From a virus (lineage: Duplodnaviria > Caudoviricetes), in IMG/VR virus record IMGVR_UViG_3300029288_000077, positions 96,001 through 160,000 of that record: a stretch of 64,000 nucleotides of DNA; one strand, written 5' to 3'. Positions 50,069 through 61,116 of the stretch are shown here, one piece after another (the first letter of the stretch is position 1; each line of letters begins with the position of its first letter). Position numbers and translations under genes: made by a program. The notes below the pieces were generated by a model. That model saw nothing but the letters and a program-made list of their open reading frames with translations. It did no database searches and was not told the origin of the DNA.

Positions 50069-51049
50069 TTGCCTAATAAAGAAGAAAAACAACACATAGT
50101 AATTTATACACAGGGTGGATCGGGAGATATAATTGCTTCTACTCCTATGTTGCGTTGCATACATAGGGATTACCCAAATCAAGAGTTGGTTGTGGTAACT
50201 ACATATCCTGTTATCCTAAAAGATAATCCTAATATCAGCAAGGTATTTCCATTCAATGAGGGAATGAATGTTTATTCAGAATATAAAGATACCGCTGTTA
50301 TGTTCAAGAAGAGATTTGCTTATGATTATTTTAGAGACGAACACAGAGCAAAAAGCAAGAACATACTTGATTTTATTTGCAATGTGTATGATACTAAGTG
50401 GGATGGTGATCCTCCTGAGGTGTTTTTAACAAAACATGAGCGTGAGTTTGGTCAATACTTTATGAGTCAATTCAAGAAACCTGTAATACTGATACATGCG
50501 TTTGGTGCTGTCCCCTCTGAGGGTCAATCTAGAAAAATACACGCTCACAAAGATATGCGGATGGATTTGATCTCTGAATTGGTTAGAAAATACAGTAAGC
50601 ATTTTGAGTTCGTGCAAATTGGATTAGCTGGTGAACAGCTTGTTGAGGGTGCGTTTGATGCTCTTGGTATGCAGATGCGTGAGACTTTTGCGATCATTGA
50701 CCTGTGTAAAACGTTCGTGTTCATAGAAAGTTTGTTTGCACATTATTCTGCGTGCATTAACAAGACTGGTGTAGTGTTGTTCAATAATACTGATCCAAGA
50801 TTCTTTGGACATCCACACAACATTAATATCAATGCACCGCAAAGCTTGTGTGATGAGTGGCCTTGCAATCGACCGGTTGGTGCTTTGTTGGATCTGGAGC
50901 CTGGATACTTAAACCCCAAAACCCGTGAACGCAATTTGTGGACATGTAAGAGAGATATAGTATGCAATCAGATACCGTATGCTACTCTTGAGTCTGCGTT
51001 TCTGCGCGCTATAGAAAAGAACACCGAAAAAGACGAAAAGAGTGCATAG
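50069..51049 (+). CDS. GT9-like glycosyltransferase (heptosyltransferase-like)
   Basis: GGSGDII.STP.LR, FVQIG, FIES..AH, FGHP.N. Confidence 0.75.
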   Translation: MPNKEEKQHIVIYTQGGSGDIIASTPMLRCIHRDYPNQELVVVTTYPVILKDNPNISKVFPFNEGMNVYSEYKDTAVMFKKRFAYDYFRDEHRAKSKNILDFICNVYDTKWDGDPPEVFLTKHEREFGQYFMSQFKKPVILIHAFGAVPSEGQSRKIHAHKDMRMDLISELVRKYSKHFEFVQIGLAGEQLVEGAFDALGMQMRETFAIIDLCKTFVFIESLFAHYSACINKTGVVLFNNTDPRFFGHPHNININAPQSLCDEWPCNRPVGALLDLEPGYLNPKTRERNLWTCKRDIVCNQIPYATLESAFLRAIEKNTEKDEKSA

Positions 51050-52132
51050 ATGGAAAATCGCCCATATCAATTCCTGACTGAAGACAAGAATGAAGCCAAG
51101 ACAAAGATCATAGCCTACAAGGCTGATAGTGGTGCGTGTTGGTTTTATAGGTTGCATAGTCCGTTGAGTGCTCTTACTAGAAACAACAAGTCATTTCTGA
51201 TTTCTGTATATCCGTATATGCATGAATCTCACATGCTAAAGAAAAACACCGATTTGGCTATATTTCAACGTCAATATTCTGCACAGGTGTTGCAATATGC
51301 CATGCAGATGAAGAAAGATGGCATAAAAATAGTTTATGAAACTGACGATGACCTGTTTCATATACCTGATTGGAATCCAGCACATCACACCTACGCAAAA
51401 AGACAAACTCAAGACGTGATCAGAAAGTTTTTGGAAATAGCAGACGCTGTTTTTACCACCACACAGCCGCTAGCTGAGGAACTTTTGCAGTATAATGATA
51501 ATGTGTACATACTTCCAAATTCAATAGATTTTAGACTGATTACCGAGAGTCCGCACAATTCAATCAAGAAAGTGGCGGTGTGGCAAGGATCCGCTACTCA
51601 TAAAAATGATTTAAAATTGATTACTCCAGCCATAAAGAGGCTGTGTTCTGAAGATAAGTACATGGTGAAACTGATGTATGCTAAAATAGAGGGAGCTTAT
51701 TCTGTTCCGCCTGTTGAACTGCAGGCATTTTACCAGATGATGAGCCAATTGGACGGTACTGTTGGTTTTGCACCAATAATAGCAAACAAATTTAACGTGT
51801 GTAAATCTAATCTAAAGTTTCTTGAATATGCTGCACAAAAGATAATTACCGTAGCATCTGATGTACACCCATATTCAACTTCTATAGTTGATGGTGAAAC
51901 CGGATTTATAGTAAAGGATAATAAGGAATGGTACGACAAGGCAGTGTGTGTTCTGGAGAACGAGGAACTTATTGAAAAAGTTACCTCTGCCGCATATGAG
52001 TACGTGAAGGATAATTTTGATATAGATGATACATATAAGTATTGGGAGACAGCAATAACAGAAGTTCTGGAAGGAAAAGACGCAGATAACCAGGAGAATG
52101 AAGATGACAGGTCTGTCGCTAGTATTGATTAA
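51050..52132 (+). CDS. GT-B glycosyltransferase of a common phage family
   Basis: GAC.FYR..P, YETDDDL, WQGSATH..DL, FN.CKS.LK.LEY. Confidence 0.85.
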   Translation: MENRPYQFLTEDKNEAKTKIIAYKADSGACWFYRLHSPLSALTRNNKSFLISVYPYMHESHMLKKNTDLAIFQRQYSAQVLQYAMQMKKDGIKIVYETDDDLFHIPDWNPAHHTYAKRQTQDVIRKFLEIADAVFTTTQPLAEELLQYNDNVYILPNSIDFRLITESPHNSIKKVAVWQGSATHKNDLKLITPAIKRLCSEDKYMVKLMYAKIEGAYSVPPVELQAFYQMMSQLDGTVGFAPIIANKFNVCKSNLKFLEYAAQKIITVASDVHPYSTSIVDGETGFIVKDNKEWYDKAVCVLENEELIEKVTSAAYEYVKDNFDIDDTYKYWETAITEVLEGKDADNQENEDDRSVASID

Positions 52133-52586
52133 TGGAAGCTTTGTTGGCGCGGTGTCTGATAAAGAATTTTCAGAGTGGGTTGATGGTACAAAAAATCGCC
52201 TGTTGATGTATTTTCCGAAAATGCTGCAAATACAGCCTGTTATGGAAAATGAACAGATGGCTGGCTTTAAGACCATGGTTTTGCCCATGCATTTGTTGAA
52301 GGTTAAACAGGAATTTTTGATGGTGAGTCCTACTACAATAGAAGTGTTGTGTGTAATAAATAAAGATCAAGATGAGGCGGAACAAGATATAAACAACTTA
52401 TCACAAAAAGACATACGCGATTTTATTTTAGAACATCTGCATGCATTCAGTACCATGCCGCAAATTGAGCTGTTTGGCTTGTGGACCAACGCTATTAACA
52501 TGTGGCGCGCTGAGTTGGCTGGTATAGCTGTTCCGTCTGGTCCTGTTCCGAGACCTAGGAACATTTCAAGATTGAAATTGAAGTAG
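52098..52586 (+). CDS. Hypothetical protein
   Basis: ORF in the operon with GGAG RBS. Confidence 0.5.
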   Translation: MKMTGLSLVLINGSFVGAVSDKEFSEWVDGTKNRLLMYFPKMLQIQPVMENEQMAGFKTMVLPMHLLKVKQEFLMVSPTTIEVLCVINKDQDEAEQDINNLSQKDIRDFILEHLHAFSTMPQIELFGLWTNAINMWRAELAGIAVPSGPVPRPRNISRLKLK

Positions 52587-52593
52587 GTGGTGC

Positions 52594-52929
52594 ATGGCAG
52601 ACAAAAGACAGCTTTGTAAAATCGGAAAAAATGCAGAAATTGTGTTTGATGGTAAGTGCTTTACTCTTAGATTTCTAGAAGGAGGATCTGTGGTTGATGA
52701 GTTTAATTTTAGCTGGATAGCAGATGCATTGCGTGCGTATGTATTGTACTCATTAAACAAGGTTGCTAGAATAGAGCCTTCTGTGTCGGGGCTTGTAAAG
52801 AAAGTGGATAATTTATCGGCATTAATTAGTTCTGTGGGGTGTGTTCTTGGGGATGAATGGAGGAAATTTGTTAACGATCCTGTAGAAAAAGTAATAGAAG
52901 AAGAGGATACTAGAAATGAAGACGAATGA
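52594..52929 (+). CDS. Hypothetical protein
   Basis: ORF in the operon. Confidence 0.5.
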   Translation: MADKRQLCKIGKNAEIVFDGKCFTLRFLEGGSVVDEFNFSWIADALRAYVLYSLNKVARIEPSVSGLVKKVDNLSALISSVGCVLGDEWRKFVNDPVEKVIEEEDTRNEDE

Positions 52930-53497
52930 GAATGTAATAATACTTACTAAAGCGTATATAATAGAACTATTTGATAGCATGTTTTTTAGTAATAGGATAA
53001 ATTGGGGAGGGATAGACTTATTCAACACCCTTCCGATTATAAATTCAGAAAAAAACGGTGAAGAAGGTATTGAACAAAGATTTGCTTTTATGGTGCATGA
53101 ATCTGCTCCAATGGCACTCAAACTACTAATCACTGCGTCTGTAGGAAAAGAAATACACAAGGTGTGCTACAGAGTAAAAACGGTCAATAAACAAATTGAA
53201 ATAGATGACAGAAAAATGAAAATTCCGGTGGCTATGATTGACTGTTCTATAGCAAACTTGTCACTGGGGTTCAAAGATCCATCAGCACTCATTTTTAATA
53301 TAAATACGGAGACTTCTGATGCTGCGGAAGGTTCTGTTGTGTGGAATCTAATGAAGTTTATAACAAATTCCTACATGGTGTCTCATGAATTAGATAATGA
53401 TGACAAAAATTTGTTCGATGAAGTGGTATTAGACTTGAAGAGTCTGCCTCCTGTACCTGGTGATGAACACTACAGACAAGTGTACGCCATATCATGA
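52916..53497 (+). CDS. Hypothetical protein
   Basis: ORF in the operon. Confidence 0.5.
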   Translation: MKTNENVIILTKAYIIELFDSMFFSNRINWGGIDLFNTLPIINSEKNGEEGIEQRFAFMVHESAPMALKLLITASVGKEIHKVCYRVKTVNKQIEIDDRKMKIPVAMIDCSIANLSLGFKDPSALIFNINTETSDAAEGSVVWNLMKFITNSYMVSHELDNDDKNLFDEVVLDLKSLPPVPGDEHYRQVYAIS

Positions 53498-54036
53498 AGA
53501 GGTTGTTTGTAGATCCAGGCAGTGTGTCTGGGTATGCTTGTTATAACAACGGCAATTTGTGTGAACACGGTTATTGTAATTGTAAGGTGTATGATAAGGA
53601 GTGCGTTGACTACGTAAAATCAATCATTGAACTTACAAAACCAGAAGAAGTATATATTGAGCGACAGTTCCTGCCTGAACCAAAAAAAGAGAACGGAAAA
53701 GTAACAGGCAGAACACTTGGTATATTCACACTGGTTTTGAATAGGTCTGTGTGGGATGTGTTATCTACACTTATTATTGGCAGTGATGCTGTTAAAGAAG
53801 TGAATGTTGCTAAGTGGCAATCACATTTTGGGCTAAAAGTGGACAAATCTATTAAGAGCAAATACTCCAGAAAGAAGAAGCTGAAGCAAGATATGATTTG
53901 CAAGGTGAAAGAGCTGTTTGGTATTGAAGTGTGTGAAAATGAGGCAGATGCTGTACTAATAGGTAAGTATATAACCGACAAAGAGAGCAGCGATGTCACT
54001 GGACCTGACAGCACTAATAGCGGTAAAGGATCGTGA
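53494..54036 (+). CDS. RuvC-like Holliday junction resolvase
   Basis: FVDPG..SGYA, VYIE, KWQ, NEADAVLIG. Confidence 0.8.
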   Translation: MKRLFVDPGSVSGYACYNNGNLCEHGYCNCKVYDKECVDYVKSIIELTKPEEVYIERQFLPEPKKENGKVTGRTLGIFTLVLNRSVWDVLSTLIIGSDAVKEVNVAKWQSHFGLKVDKSIKSKYSRKKKLKQDMICKVKELFGIEVCENEADAVLIGKYITDKESSDVTGPDSTNSGKGS

Positions 54037-54727
54037 GTTCAACATAAATTACTGTTTGTCGTCGATAGATAAGTGCAATCCGAAACCGAAGTGTATTTTA
54101 GTTGATTTTGGTAGCAAGATACCTTTGTCCGGGAGATTCAACTATGACTGGTTGCAAGTGATTAGGGTTACTCGCAATACTAGCCTGTTTCATAAAGCAA
54201 GAGCACTGAACATAGGACTGAAGAAAACCACTACCAAATATGTGTGTGCTACGGACGCTGATCAGGTCTTTAACCCATCATTTTTTGGTGTGGTGCATGA
54301 TTTGCTCATGAAGAACCCAAAAGCGTTCGTGATGTGTTATACATATTTTTTGTATAAAGCTCCAAATTTTAAGCCGCATGAACTCAATTATCACGCGCTA
54401 CTAAAACAAGTGCGTGCATCAAAATCCAAATTGAGTGGAGATGGATGTTGTAATGGTATAAACAAAGATTTTTTGATGAGTGTGCATGGATGGGATGAAA
54501 GATACATTGGGTATGGTGCAGAAGACAGTGATATGAATCTTCGTGCGCGGTTACGCGGGTATAACATAGTATGGGCACATAAATATACTAATATGATTCA
54601 TTTACCTCATAGCAGAAGTACGCCATATCACTCAGCTTCATATTTATCTGCAAATAGAAAGATGTATTATACAAGAAGAAGAATCAAAGACGTGGTTGTA
54701 AATCCCAGGAATTGGGGTGAGATTTAG
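53993..54727 (+). CDS. GT2/GT7C glycosyltransferase
   Basis: LVDFGS, KARALNIG, TDAD, GWDERY.GYG.ED.D. Confidence 0.9.
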   Translation: MSLDLTALIAVKDREFNINYCLSSIDKCNPKPKCILVDFGSKIPLSGRFNYDWLQVIRVTRNTSLFHKARALNIGLKKTTTKYVCATDADQVFNPSFFGVVHDLLMKNPKAFVMCYTYFLYKAPNFKPHELNYHALLKQVRASKSKLSGDGCCNGINKDFLMSVHGWDERYIGYGAEDSDMNLRARLRGYNIVWAHKYTNMIHLPHSRSTPYHSASYLSANRKMYYTRRRIKDVVVNPRNWGEI

Positions 54728-55662
54728 TGTCAAGACCAAAGATCATAACGATACGAAAATGGGGCACCGCAAACTGTATGCGTGAGTTTGGGTTTGATGT
54801 GTATTCTGTTCCAGTTAATAATTTGAAGAGCGCGCGTTTGTTTATGATGGCAGTTAAGGAGATTCAACCTGATATATTCTTTTTCTCTAAAGATGAGAGT
54901 GTGTCGCCCAGTGTATTTAAGAGGGTGAGAACTTTGTCACCCAATACAGCTTGTGTGATGCTGTACTGGGATCAACGTGGGCGTGTTCCTGGGATAATCA
55001 AGGCCAGGAGAGGGTGCATAGACTCCATTATTATAAATAATGCTGATCCAAAACAATTTTTGATGTATAAAAAATTTGGAATAAAAAATGTGTATACGCT
55101 GTATGATTCTGCAAACAGTAAGATATTCAATCCTATTAATAAAAAGAGAACATATGATTTAATATTTGGTGGCTCGAACTACAAAAATTTGTTTCCGCTG
55201 TCTAATATGAGATTGTGTTTATTGGGAGAATTGAAAAGGAAATTTAATATGATAGTCTATGGTAATGGTTGGCCATTTCAATCTATGCCTATAGTAAGAA
55301 AAAATAAATATTGTGAGGCTATTCAGAATGCAAAAATTAGTTTAGGTATAAATCATTATGATGTATATAAATATTATGAGGAAAGATTTATTGAGTGCAT
55401 GGCAGCAGGAAGAATGCATTTAACATATTATATACCTGGAATGGAAAACGATTTTGGAAATAGAAAACATGTGGTGTGGTTCAAAAGTGTTCCTGAGTGT
55501 GTTGATCTTGTGCGTTATTATTTGAAATACCCAAATAAGAGGGAAGAAATAGGGAGGGATGGGAGGAAAAGGATTTTTGAGCTTTTTGATATCAAAAAGA
55601 ACACACAGAGATTATCAAATATACTTAAGGATTCATATACAAGAAAGCAGGCGGCAACGTGA
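54727..55662 (+). CDS. CgeB-like glycosyltransferase
   Basis: YDLIFGG, YGNGW, AKISLGIN, RF.E.MA.G, REEIG..G. Confidence 0.8.
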   Translation: MSRPKIITIRKWGTANCMREFGFDVYSVPVNNLKSARLFMMAVKEIQPDIFFFSKDESVSPSVFKRVRTLSPNTACVMLYWDQRGRVPGIIKARRGCIDSIIINNADPKQFLMYKKFGIKNVYTLYDSANSKIFNPINKKRTYDLIFGGSNYKNLFPLSNMRLCLLGELKRKFNMIVYGNGWPFQSMPIVRKNKYCEAIQNAKISLGINHYDVYKYYEERFIECMAAGRMHLTYYIPGMENDFGNRKHVVWFKSVPECVDLVRYYLKYPNKREEIGRDGRKRIFELFDIKKNTQRLSNILKDSYTRKQAAT

Positions 55663-56711
55663 AAGTTGGTGTGATATTGGATGATTTTTCCTATTATAAC
55701 TTCTCTCCTGAATTTCAGGCCATTAAAATAAGTAGTAAAAATTTTATGAATGACATTAAAAATATAGATATGTTGTTTGTTGAATCTGCCTGGGCCGGAA
55801 ACAACAATCAATGGAGACTAGTTATAGGTCCTAACAATAGGTGGGTTGATGGTGCTATTAATTCTATCATAAATGTGTGTAAAAAAAGAGGAATTCCTAC
55901 AGTTTTTTGGAATAAAGAAGATCCCGTACACTTTAAGAATTTTTTGTGGTTAGCAAAAAAGTTTGATTTTGTTTTCACTACAGATGATGGTTCCATTAAT
56001 AAATATAGAAGTGCTTTGAAACACAACAGAATCTATGCGCTTCCTTTTGCCGCCCAACCAATGTATCAATACCCTTCTGTGTTGTCTGGAAGGAACAAGA
56101 ACCCGTGTTTTGCTGGTACATACTGGAATAAACAGCATTTGCATCGGAAAAAACAAATGGAGTGCGTTCTGAAACCATGCATTCCATATGGTTTGCATAT
56201 TTATGATAGAAAGAAAGTTGGTGGTGCCGGTAATAGTTTTCCAGGCCCATATGATAAGTGTGTGGTGGGTGGAGTTCCGTTTTTGGAGTTAATGAATAAA
56301 TATAGAAATTATAGGTTTTTTGTAAATGTTAACATAGTTACGAATTCAAATACGATGTTTTCTAGAAGAGTTTTTGAAATAGCATCCTGTGGTACGCCTA
56401 TTTTGAGTTATCCTTCTTTGGGAATGAAAAGGGTTTTCGGTGATTCCATTGTGTTTTCTGATTCAGAGGAAAAATCGCGTGAATATATAAGAAACATACT
56501 GTCTAATGATGCATATTGGGAGGAGTTGTCTATTAAAGGGATAAAGGTTGTATATGGTAAAAATACCTATTCGCACAGATTTGATAGGATATGTAGGATT
56601 GTCGGTGTTCGTACTCCGGATGTTGTTACTAGAAGGATCGAGTTATACGATAGGGTTATGAAATGCAACTCTGTGTCTGAGGCATCATTGTTGATGCGTG
56701 AGATACTATGA
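55659..56711 (+). CDS. CgeB-like glycosyltransferase
   Basis: ILDDFS, FVESAW, FWNKEDP, LPFAAQP, MFSRRVFE. Confidence 0.85.
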   Translation: MKVGVILDDFSYYNFSPEFQAIKISSKNFMNDIKNIDMLFVESAWAGNNNQWRLVIGPNNRWVDGAINSIINVCKKRGIPTVFWNKEDPVHFKNFLWLAKKFDFVFTTDDGSINKYRSALKHNRIYALPFAAQPMYQYPSVLSGRNKNPCFAGTYWNKQHLHRKKQMECVLKPCIPYGLHIYDRKKVGGAGNSFPGPYDKCVVGGVPFLELMNKYRNYRFFVNVNIVTNSNTMFSRRVFEIASCGTPILSYPSLGMKRVFGDSIVFSDSEEKSREYIRNILSNDAYWEELSIKGIKVVYGKNTYSHRFDRICRIVGVRTPDVVTRRIELYDRVMKCNSVSEASLLMREIL

Positions 56712-57397
56712 CAGATTCAAACATTTTATCCGCAATAAAGAAAAATACAATGCTAGGTAGCATTACGTTTAATAATATCATAAAACAAGTAAAATACGTA
56801 ATAAAGAATGGTGTGGAAGGGGACTATGTGGAGTGTGGTGTTTGGAAAGGTGGGGGTGCTGCTATTGCAGCAAAAACCTTTTTAGATAATAAATCTGTCA
56901 GATGCATGCACTTGTTTGATGTGTTCGATGATCCTCCTATGCCCACCGTACATGACGATGAAAAACTTGTGAAAAAACTTGGAGGAATAAGGACAGGTGA
57001 ATGTAAATCTATAAAAGGATGTTATGCAAGAATGGGTAAATCCGGTCCAGGGACAGAAAATGGTGCAAGGAATTTAATAATTAATAAAGTTGGGTATTGT
57101 GAAAAGAACGTGCAATTCTATAAAGGTTGGTTTCAGGACACTGTTCCTGCAGCAAAAGAGGGCATCAATAAAATTTCTGTGTTTGTGTTAGATTGTGGGT
57201 ATTATGATGCTAGTGTTGTTTGTTTAGAAAATTTATATGAAAAGCTGGAAGGAAAAGGTATTATGATTGTTGATAATTATTTTACGTATTCTGGGTGCAG
57301 GAAGGCAGTGGATGAATACTTAAATAAAATTGGCGAAAAACCAAACATGGTTCGAGTTAATAAAGACTGCGTGTGTTGGCACAGGCACAGGATATGA
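56708..57397 (+). CDS. TylF/MycF-type O-methyltransferase
   Basis: GDYVECGVWKGG, FD.F, KGWFQDT. Confidence 0.9.
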   Translation: MTDSNILSAIKKNTMLGSITFNNIIKQVKYVIKNGVEGDYVECGVWKGGGAAIAAKTFLDNKSVRCMHLFDVFDDPPMPTVHDDEKLVKKLGGIRTGECKSIKGCYARMGKSGPGTENGARNLIINKVGYCEKNVQFYKGWFQDTVPAAKEGINKISVFVLDCGYYDASVVCLENLYEKLEGKGIMIVDNYFTYSGCRKAVDEYLNKIGEKPNMVRVNKDCVCWHRHRI

Positions 57398-59178
57398 AAA
57401 TATTACACATTGGGGGATCTCATTCCATACACTTATCAGATTTGGTGTATGAATTAGATAAGTTGGGTCACAAACAATGCGTATTTAGTTACAGGAAAAA
57501 GAGCACACTAAAAAATTCAATACCGGTTTATTATTATCCATATGATTCTTTCTATCCTGATGTAGTTGACGCAAACAAATCAGCGTGTGTTAGGGGCATG
57601 CTGAAGAGAATTGTTGAAAAAGAACAGCCAGATTTAGTCCATGTGCATTTTATTATCGTTGGGTGTGTACCGTTGTTGCTTTTAGATTCTATAAAGAAAC
57701 TGCCGGTAATTGTATCGCCGTGGAACCTTAGGTTTATGGGCAGCGTGGGAATATTAGGCAAAAGGATAAGACGTTCATTTGAAATATGCGACAGAGTGTT
57801 GTTTGGATCAGATGTAATATTTAGATGTTTTCAAAAAGACTATCAAATTCACGAAAATAGGTATTCGTTCTACAAACTTCCCCTTGATTTAGACTGGTAC
57901 ATGCATTCTGATGTAGACTGTTCATGTCCTAAAATACTCTCTGCCAGGGTTATGCAACCAACAAACCACCAAGATTTGCTATTATATGCAATTAAGAAGA
58001 TGAGAGAGGGTGGTGGGGATGTGCACGCAACATTTATTGTTGGTCAAAGCCGAGAGCAAGGTATCAATTACTTCAATAAAATGAAGGCACTCTCACGCGG
58101 ACTTAATATTGAAAAACTGTGTACTTTTATAGATCGCAGTTTATCTCAAGATGAGTTTAAAAAGCTTATTGCAAAACACAATATTGTGTATTCTGTGTCT
58201 GAAGACTCTGGTTATTCACAAACAACAATACAATCATTGTGTGCCGGTGTGGTCACTTTAGTAAGAGAAAATGTACTAGAAAAAAATCTTGCTGATAACA
58301 ACAAGAATTTACTTCCAGTTAAACTAGACGTAGCTGGGGTGTATAATGGGCTAAAAAAAGCAGTTGATGGTCTGCAGAATCTGTGCATACCTGTCGGTGA
58401 ACGAAACAAAGCATTGTTGTTGTATGATAAATCTGTAACTATGCCGACATTGAACTGGATTTATCTGAATATCAACAAATGTAAAATTTGTGGTGATGTT
58501 GTGAGAATAGAAGAAATTTCTGGGCATGATTTGTGTATATGTAATGCGTGTGGTGTTAGGTATCATCGTAGTACCCCCTCTGGTAGATTTTTGGATAATT
58601 ACTACAAAGGTCTTTCGAAGAGATTTGGTAGTATTCAGAAGGCCATAAACAGAAACCACAATCAGAACAAAAAATCTTTTGAGGTGTATGTACGCGAGGT
58701 TAAAGAGAACGTGCCTGTTGGATCAAGAATTTTAGACGTAGGATGTTATGATGGACTATTAGTAAAGATGTTGGTTGATGCCGGTTATTTGGCAGAAGGA
58801 ATAGAGATAAATAGTGAATTGGTGAGGTGCAGCAAAAAATATGGAGTCAATGTAACGAATTGCGACATAAGCAATTTTAATAATAAATTCCAATACGATA
58901 CGGTTATATCTCATGCAGTTTTGGAACACCAGCCAGATCCATTCATATTTATTGATAAAATAAAAAGTGTGCTGTCCGAGGGAGGCACAGTTATTGTGTC
59001 AGTTCCTGACTCTTGTAGAAATTTTTCAGTTTCTTATCCTGCACATTTGTGGCACTATACTGCCCATTCATTAAAAATTCTTTTCAACAAGTGTGATATG
59101 GTTTGTGAAGTGCACCCGAGACAGACATCCAAATCATTGGTGTGTGTTTCTAAAGTGAGAAGGTGCTGTGTTGAGTAA
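57394..59178 (+). CDS. GT4-like glycosyltransferase fused to a class I SAM methyltransferase
   Basis: PDLVHVH; CKIC...CNAC; ILDVGC.DG, HAVLEH..DP, HLWHY. Confidence 0.8.
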   Translation: MKILHIGGSHSIHLSDLVYELDKLGHKQCVFSYRKKSTLKNSIPVYYYPYDSFYPDVVDANKSACVRGMLKRIVEKEQPDLVHVHFIIVGCVPLLLLDSIKKLPVIVSPWNLRFMGSVGILGKRIRRSFEICDRVLFGSDVIFRCFQKDYQIHENRYSFYKLPLDLDWYMHSDVDCSCPKILSARVMQPTNHQDLLLYAIKKMREGGGDVHATFIVGQSREQGINYFNKMKALSRGLNIEKLCTFIDRSLSQDEFKKLIAKHNIVYSVSEDSGYSQTTIQSLCAGVVTLVRENVLEKNLADNNKNLLPVKLDVAGVYNGLKKAVDGLQNLCIPVGERNKALLLYDKSVTMPTLNWIYLNINKCKICGDVVRIEEISGHDLCICNACGVRYHRSTPSGRFLDNYYKGLSKRFGSIQKAINRNHNQNKKSFEVYVREVKENVPVGSRILDVGCYDGLLVKMLVDAGYLAEGIEINSELVRCSKKYGVNVTNCDISNFNNKFQYDTVISHAVLEHQPDPFIFIDKIKSVLSEGGTVIVSVPDSCRNFSVSYPAHLWHYTAHSLKILFNKCDMVCEVHPRQTSKSLVCVSKVRRCCVE

Positions 59179-60037
59179 TTTTCCAAAGACCATAGTAATC
59201 GATAACTGTGGTTTTTGTAATTTGAACTGTGTGATGTGTGATCACAAAAACATACTCAGATATAGAGACAAAAGGAGCATGGATATAAGTTTATATCGTA
59301 AAATAATAAAGGAGATTTCTGTTGAAAATAAAAATGCTAGAGTTTGGGAAATATTTTTTGGCGAGCCGTGTCTATGCAAGGATATGAGCAGTAGAATCAA
59401 AGAAGCGAAAGAAGCTGGTCTTAATGATGTTGTGTTGAACTCAAATGGAGTATTGCTCACAGATGGAAAATCGCGTTCATACATAGAATCTGGGCTTGAT
59501 TGTATGTATGTTGGTCTGGATGCAATAACTGAAAGTACATATGATCTAATGCGTGTTGGTGGAGATTTCAAGAAAGTGGTGAAAAACATACTTTTGTATA
59601 GAGACAATTTGCAGAAATTTGGTACTACGAAACAAAAGCTGTTTGTGCAGTTTATAGAAGGTAAGTACAATGCACATGAAAAGAGTGAGTTTGTGGAGCG
59701 TTGGTACAATCAAGGTGTGGAAGTGAAGGTCCGAAGTATGCTGGGGTGGGCCGGATTACTGGGTTCGTCACCAATTGCTGATTTTTCAAACAGGAAACCA
59801 TGTTATTGGATTCAAGATACTATGGTAGTATGTTCAAATGGTTGTGTGCCCTTGTGTGCGTGTGATGTACATTGTAGGGTTGAATGTGGTAATTTAAATA
59901 ACAGTACTATGAAAGAAGTTTGGGGCGGAAAATTGAAAACATACAGAGAATATCACATAAATAATGAATGGGATAAAATTCCTGATATTTGTAAGTCGTG
60001 CACAGACTGGGTTTTTGGTCGTGCGGAGTATGCATGA
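59168..60037 (+). CDS. Radical SAM protein with SPASM/twitch domain
   Basis: CNLNCVMC, GEP, SNG; PC...G.V.LC.CD...C..C. Confidence 0.9.
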   Translation: MLSNFPKTIVIDNCGFCNLNCVMCDHKNILRYRDKRSMDISLYRKIIKEISVENKNARVWEIFFGEPCLCKDMSSRIKEAKEAGLNDVVLNSNGVLLTDGKSRSYIESGLDCMYVGLDAITESTYDLMRVGGDFKKVVKNILLYRDNLQKFGTTKQKLFVQFIEGKYNAHEKSEFVERWYNQGVEVKVRSMLGWAGLLGSSPIADFSNRKPCYWIQDTMVVCSNGCVPLCACDVHCRVECGNLNNSTMKEVWGGKLKTYREYHINNEWDKIPDICKSCTDWVFGRAEYA

Positions 60038-61113
60038 AGGTATTGCATATTGGCGGCAGCACTGCCGTGCATGTTATAGATGAACTAAGGTTCTTAGATA
60101 AGAGAGGTGTACATCAGTATTTGCTGAGTTACAATTTGGAAAATAGAATGCCTGAGTATTTGAAGAAGAAAATACCTACTTATTATTTATTTGATTTTAA
60201 AAAAGAGTTTGGTCCAGGTCATGTCAAGCCCGGAAAACAAAAAAAGCTTATGGTATTTGCAAAAAGAATTATGAATAAAATTAGACCAGATATCATTCAT
60301 GTGCACTGTCCGTCTTATTGTGCGGTAGCTGCTTTGTTGTGTTATAGAATGAGAAAAACACCTATGCTGATTACTTTGTGGGGTGTTCCTGACATATCTA
60401 TAAACTCAGTTAATAAAAAGAGGATCAAAAAACTGACTGAATGCTGTACCTACATGAATGCGAAAAACGTGAATTTTCTGAGGTATTTCTGCAAATTTTA
60501 TGGTATGAAAAGAGGCAAAGGAATAATATCTGGTTATCCGATAAGACTTAGCGGTTATGTTGGGCATGTACCAGATTATTCTCTTCCTAGGGTATACATA
60601 CCACGGTCTTATTTCCAGGACATGATTGTTTATGCGATTAGAGATGTGTTGAAAGCAGGAAGAGACTTTAGAGTTACTTTACATGTCCCGTCAAAAACAC
60701 GGAACAAGATACTTTCGTTGATTCATAAGCTTGGTATAGAGGATAAATTCGATTATGTATATAAAATGCTTCCTCAAGAAGCATTCATTGAAAATATGAA
60801 AAAACATAATATATTAATATCTATAAGTTCCGATCCTGGTACATCTGCAACTACTGTTCAAGGGGCGTTTAGTGGGATGATAGTACTTTCACACCACTCT
60901 CCGTACTCTCATGGTATACTAGATGATAATGTTAATGTTATTAAATGTGCAAAAACAGTGAAGTCCATCAGTAAAAAACTGAGATACGCCATTGACAACT
61001 TAGGTGTGTTGGGGCCTAAATTTCATAAAAATAATAAAAAATTGATAAAATTTGACGCCGAGTGCTCCATAGATGCTATAATGAATACATATAAGAAGAT
61101 GGTTGGCGGGTGA
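60034..61113 (+). CDS. GT4-like glycosyltransferase, paralogue of the 57394 N-terminal domain
   Basis: MKVLHIGGS, PDIIHVH, KHNI..S.S.D.G.S.TT.Q shared. Confidence 0.75.
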   Translation: MKVLHIGGSTAVHVIDELRFLDKRGVHQYLLSYNLENRMPEYLKKKIPTYYLFDFKKEFGPGHVKPGKQKKLMVFAKRIMNKIRPDIIHVHCPSYCAVAALLCYRMRKTPMLITLWGVPDISINSVNKKRIKKLTECCTYMNAKNVNFLRYFCKFYGMKRGKGIISGYPIRLSGYVGHVPDYSLPRVYIPRSYFQDMIVYAIRDVLKAGRDFRVTLHVPSKTRNKILSLIHKLGIEDKFDYVYKMLPQEAFIENMKKHNILISISSDPGTSATTVQGAFSGMIVLSHHSPYSHGILDDNVNVIKCAKTVKSISKKLRYAIDNLGVLGPKFHKNNKKLIKFDAECSIDAIMNTYKKMVGG

Positions 61114-61116
61114 CTA

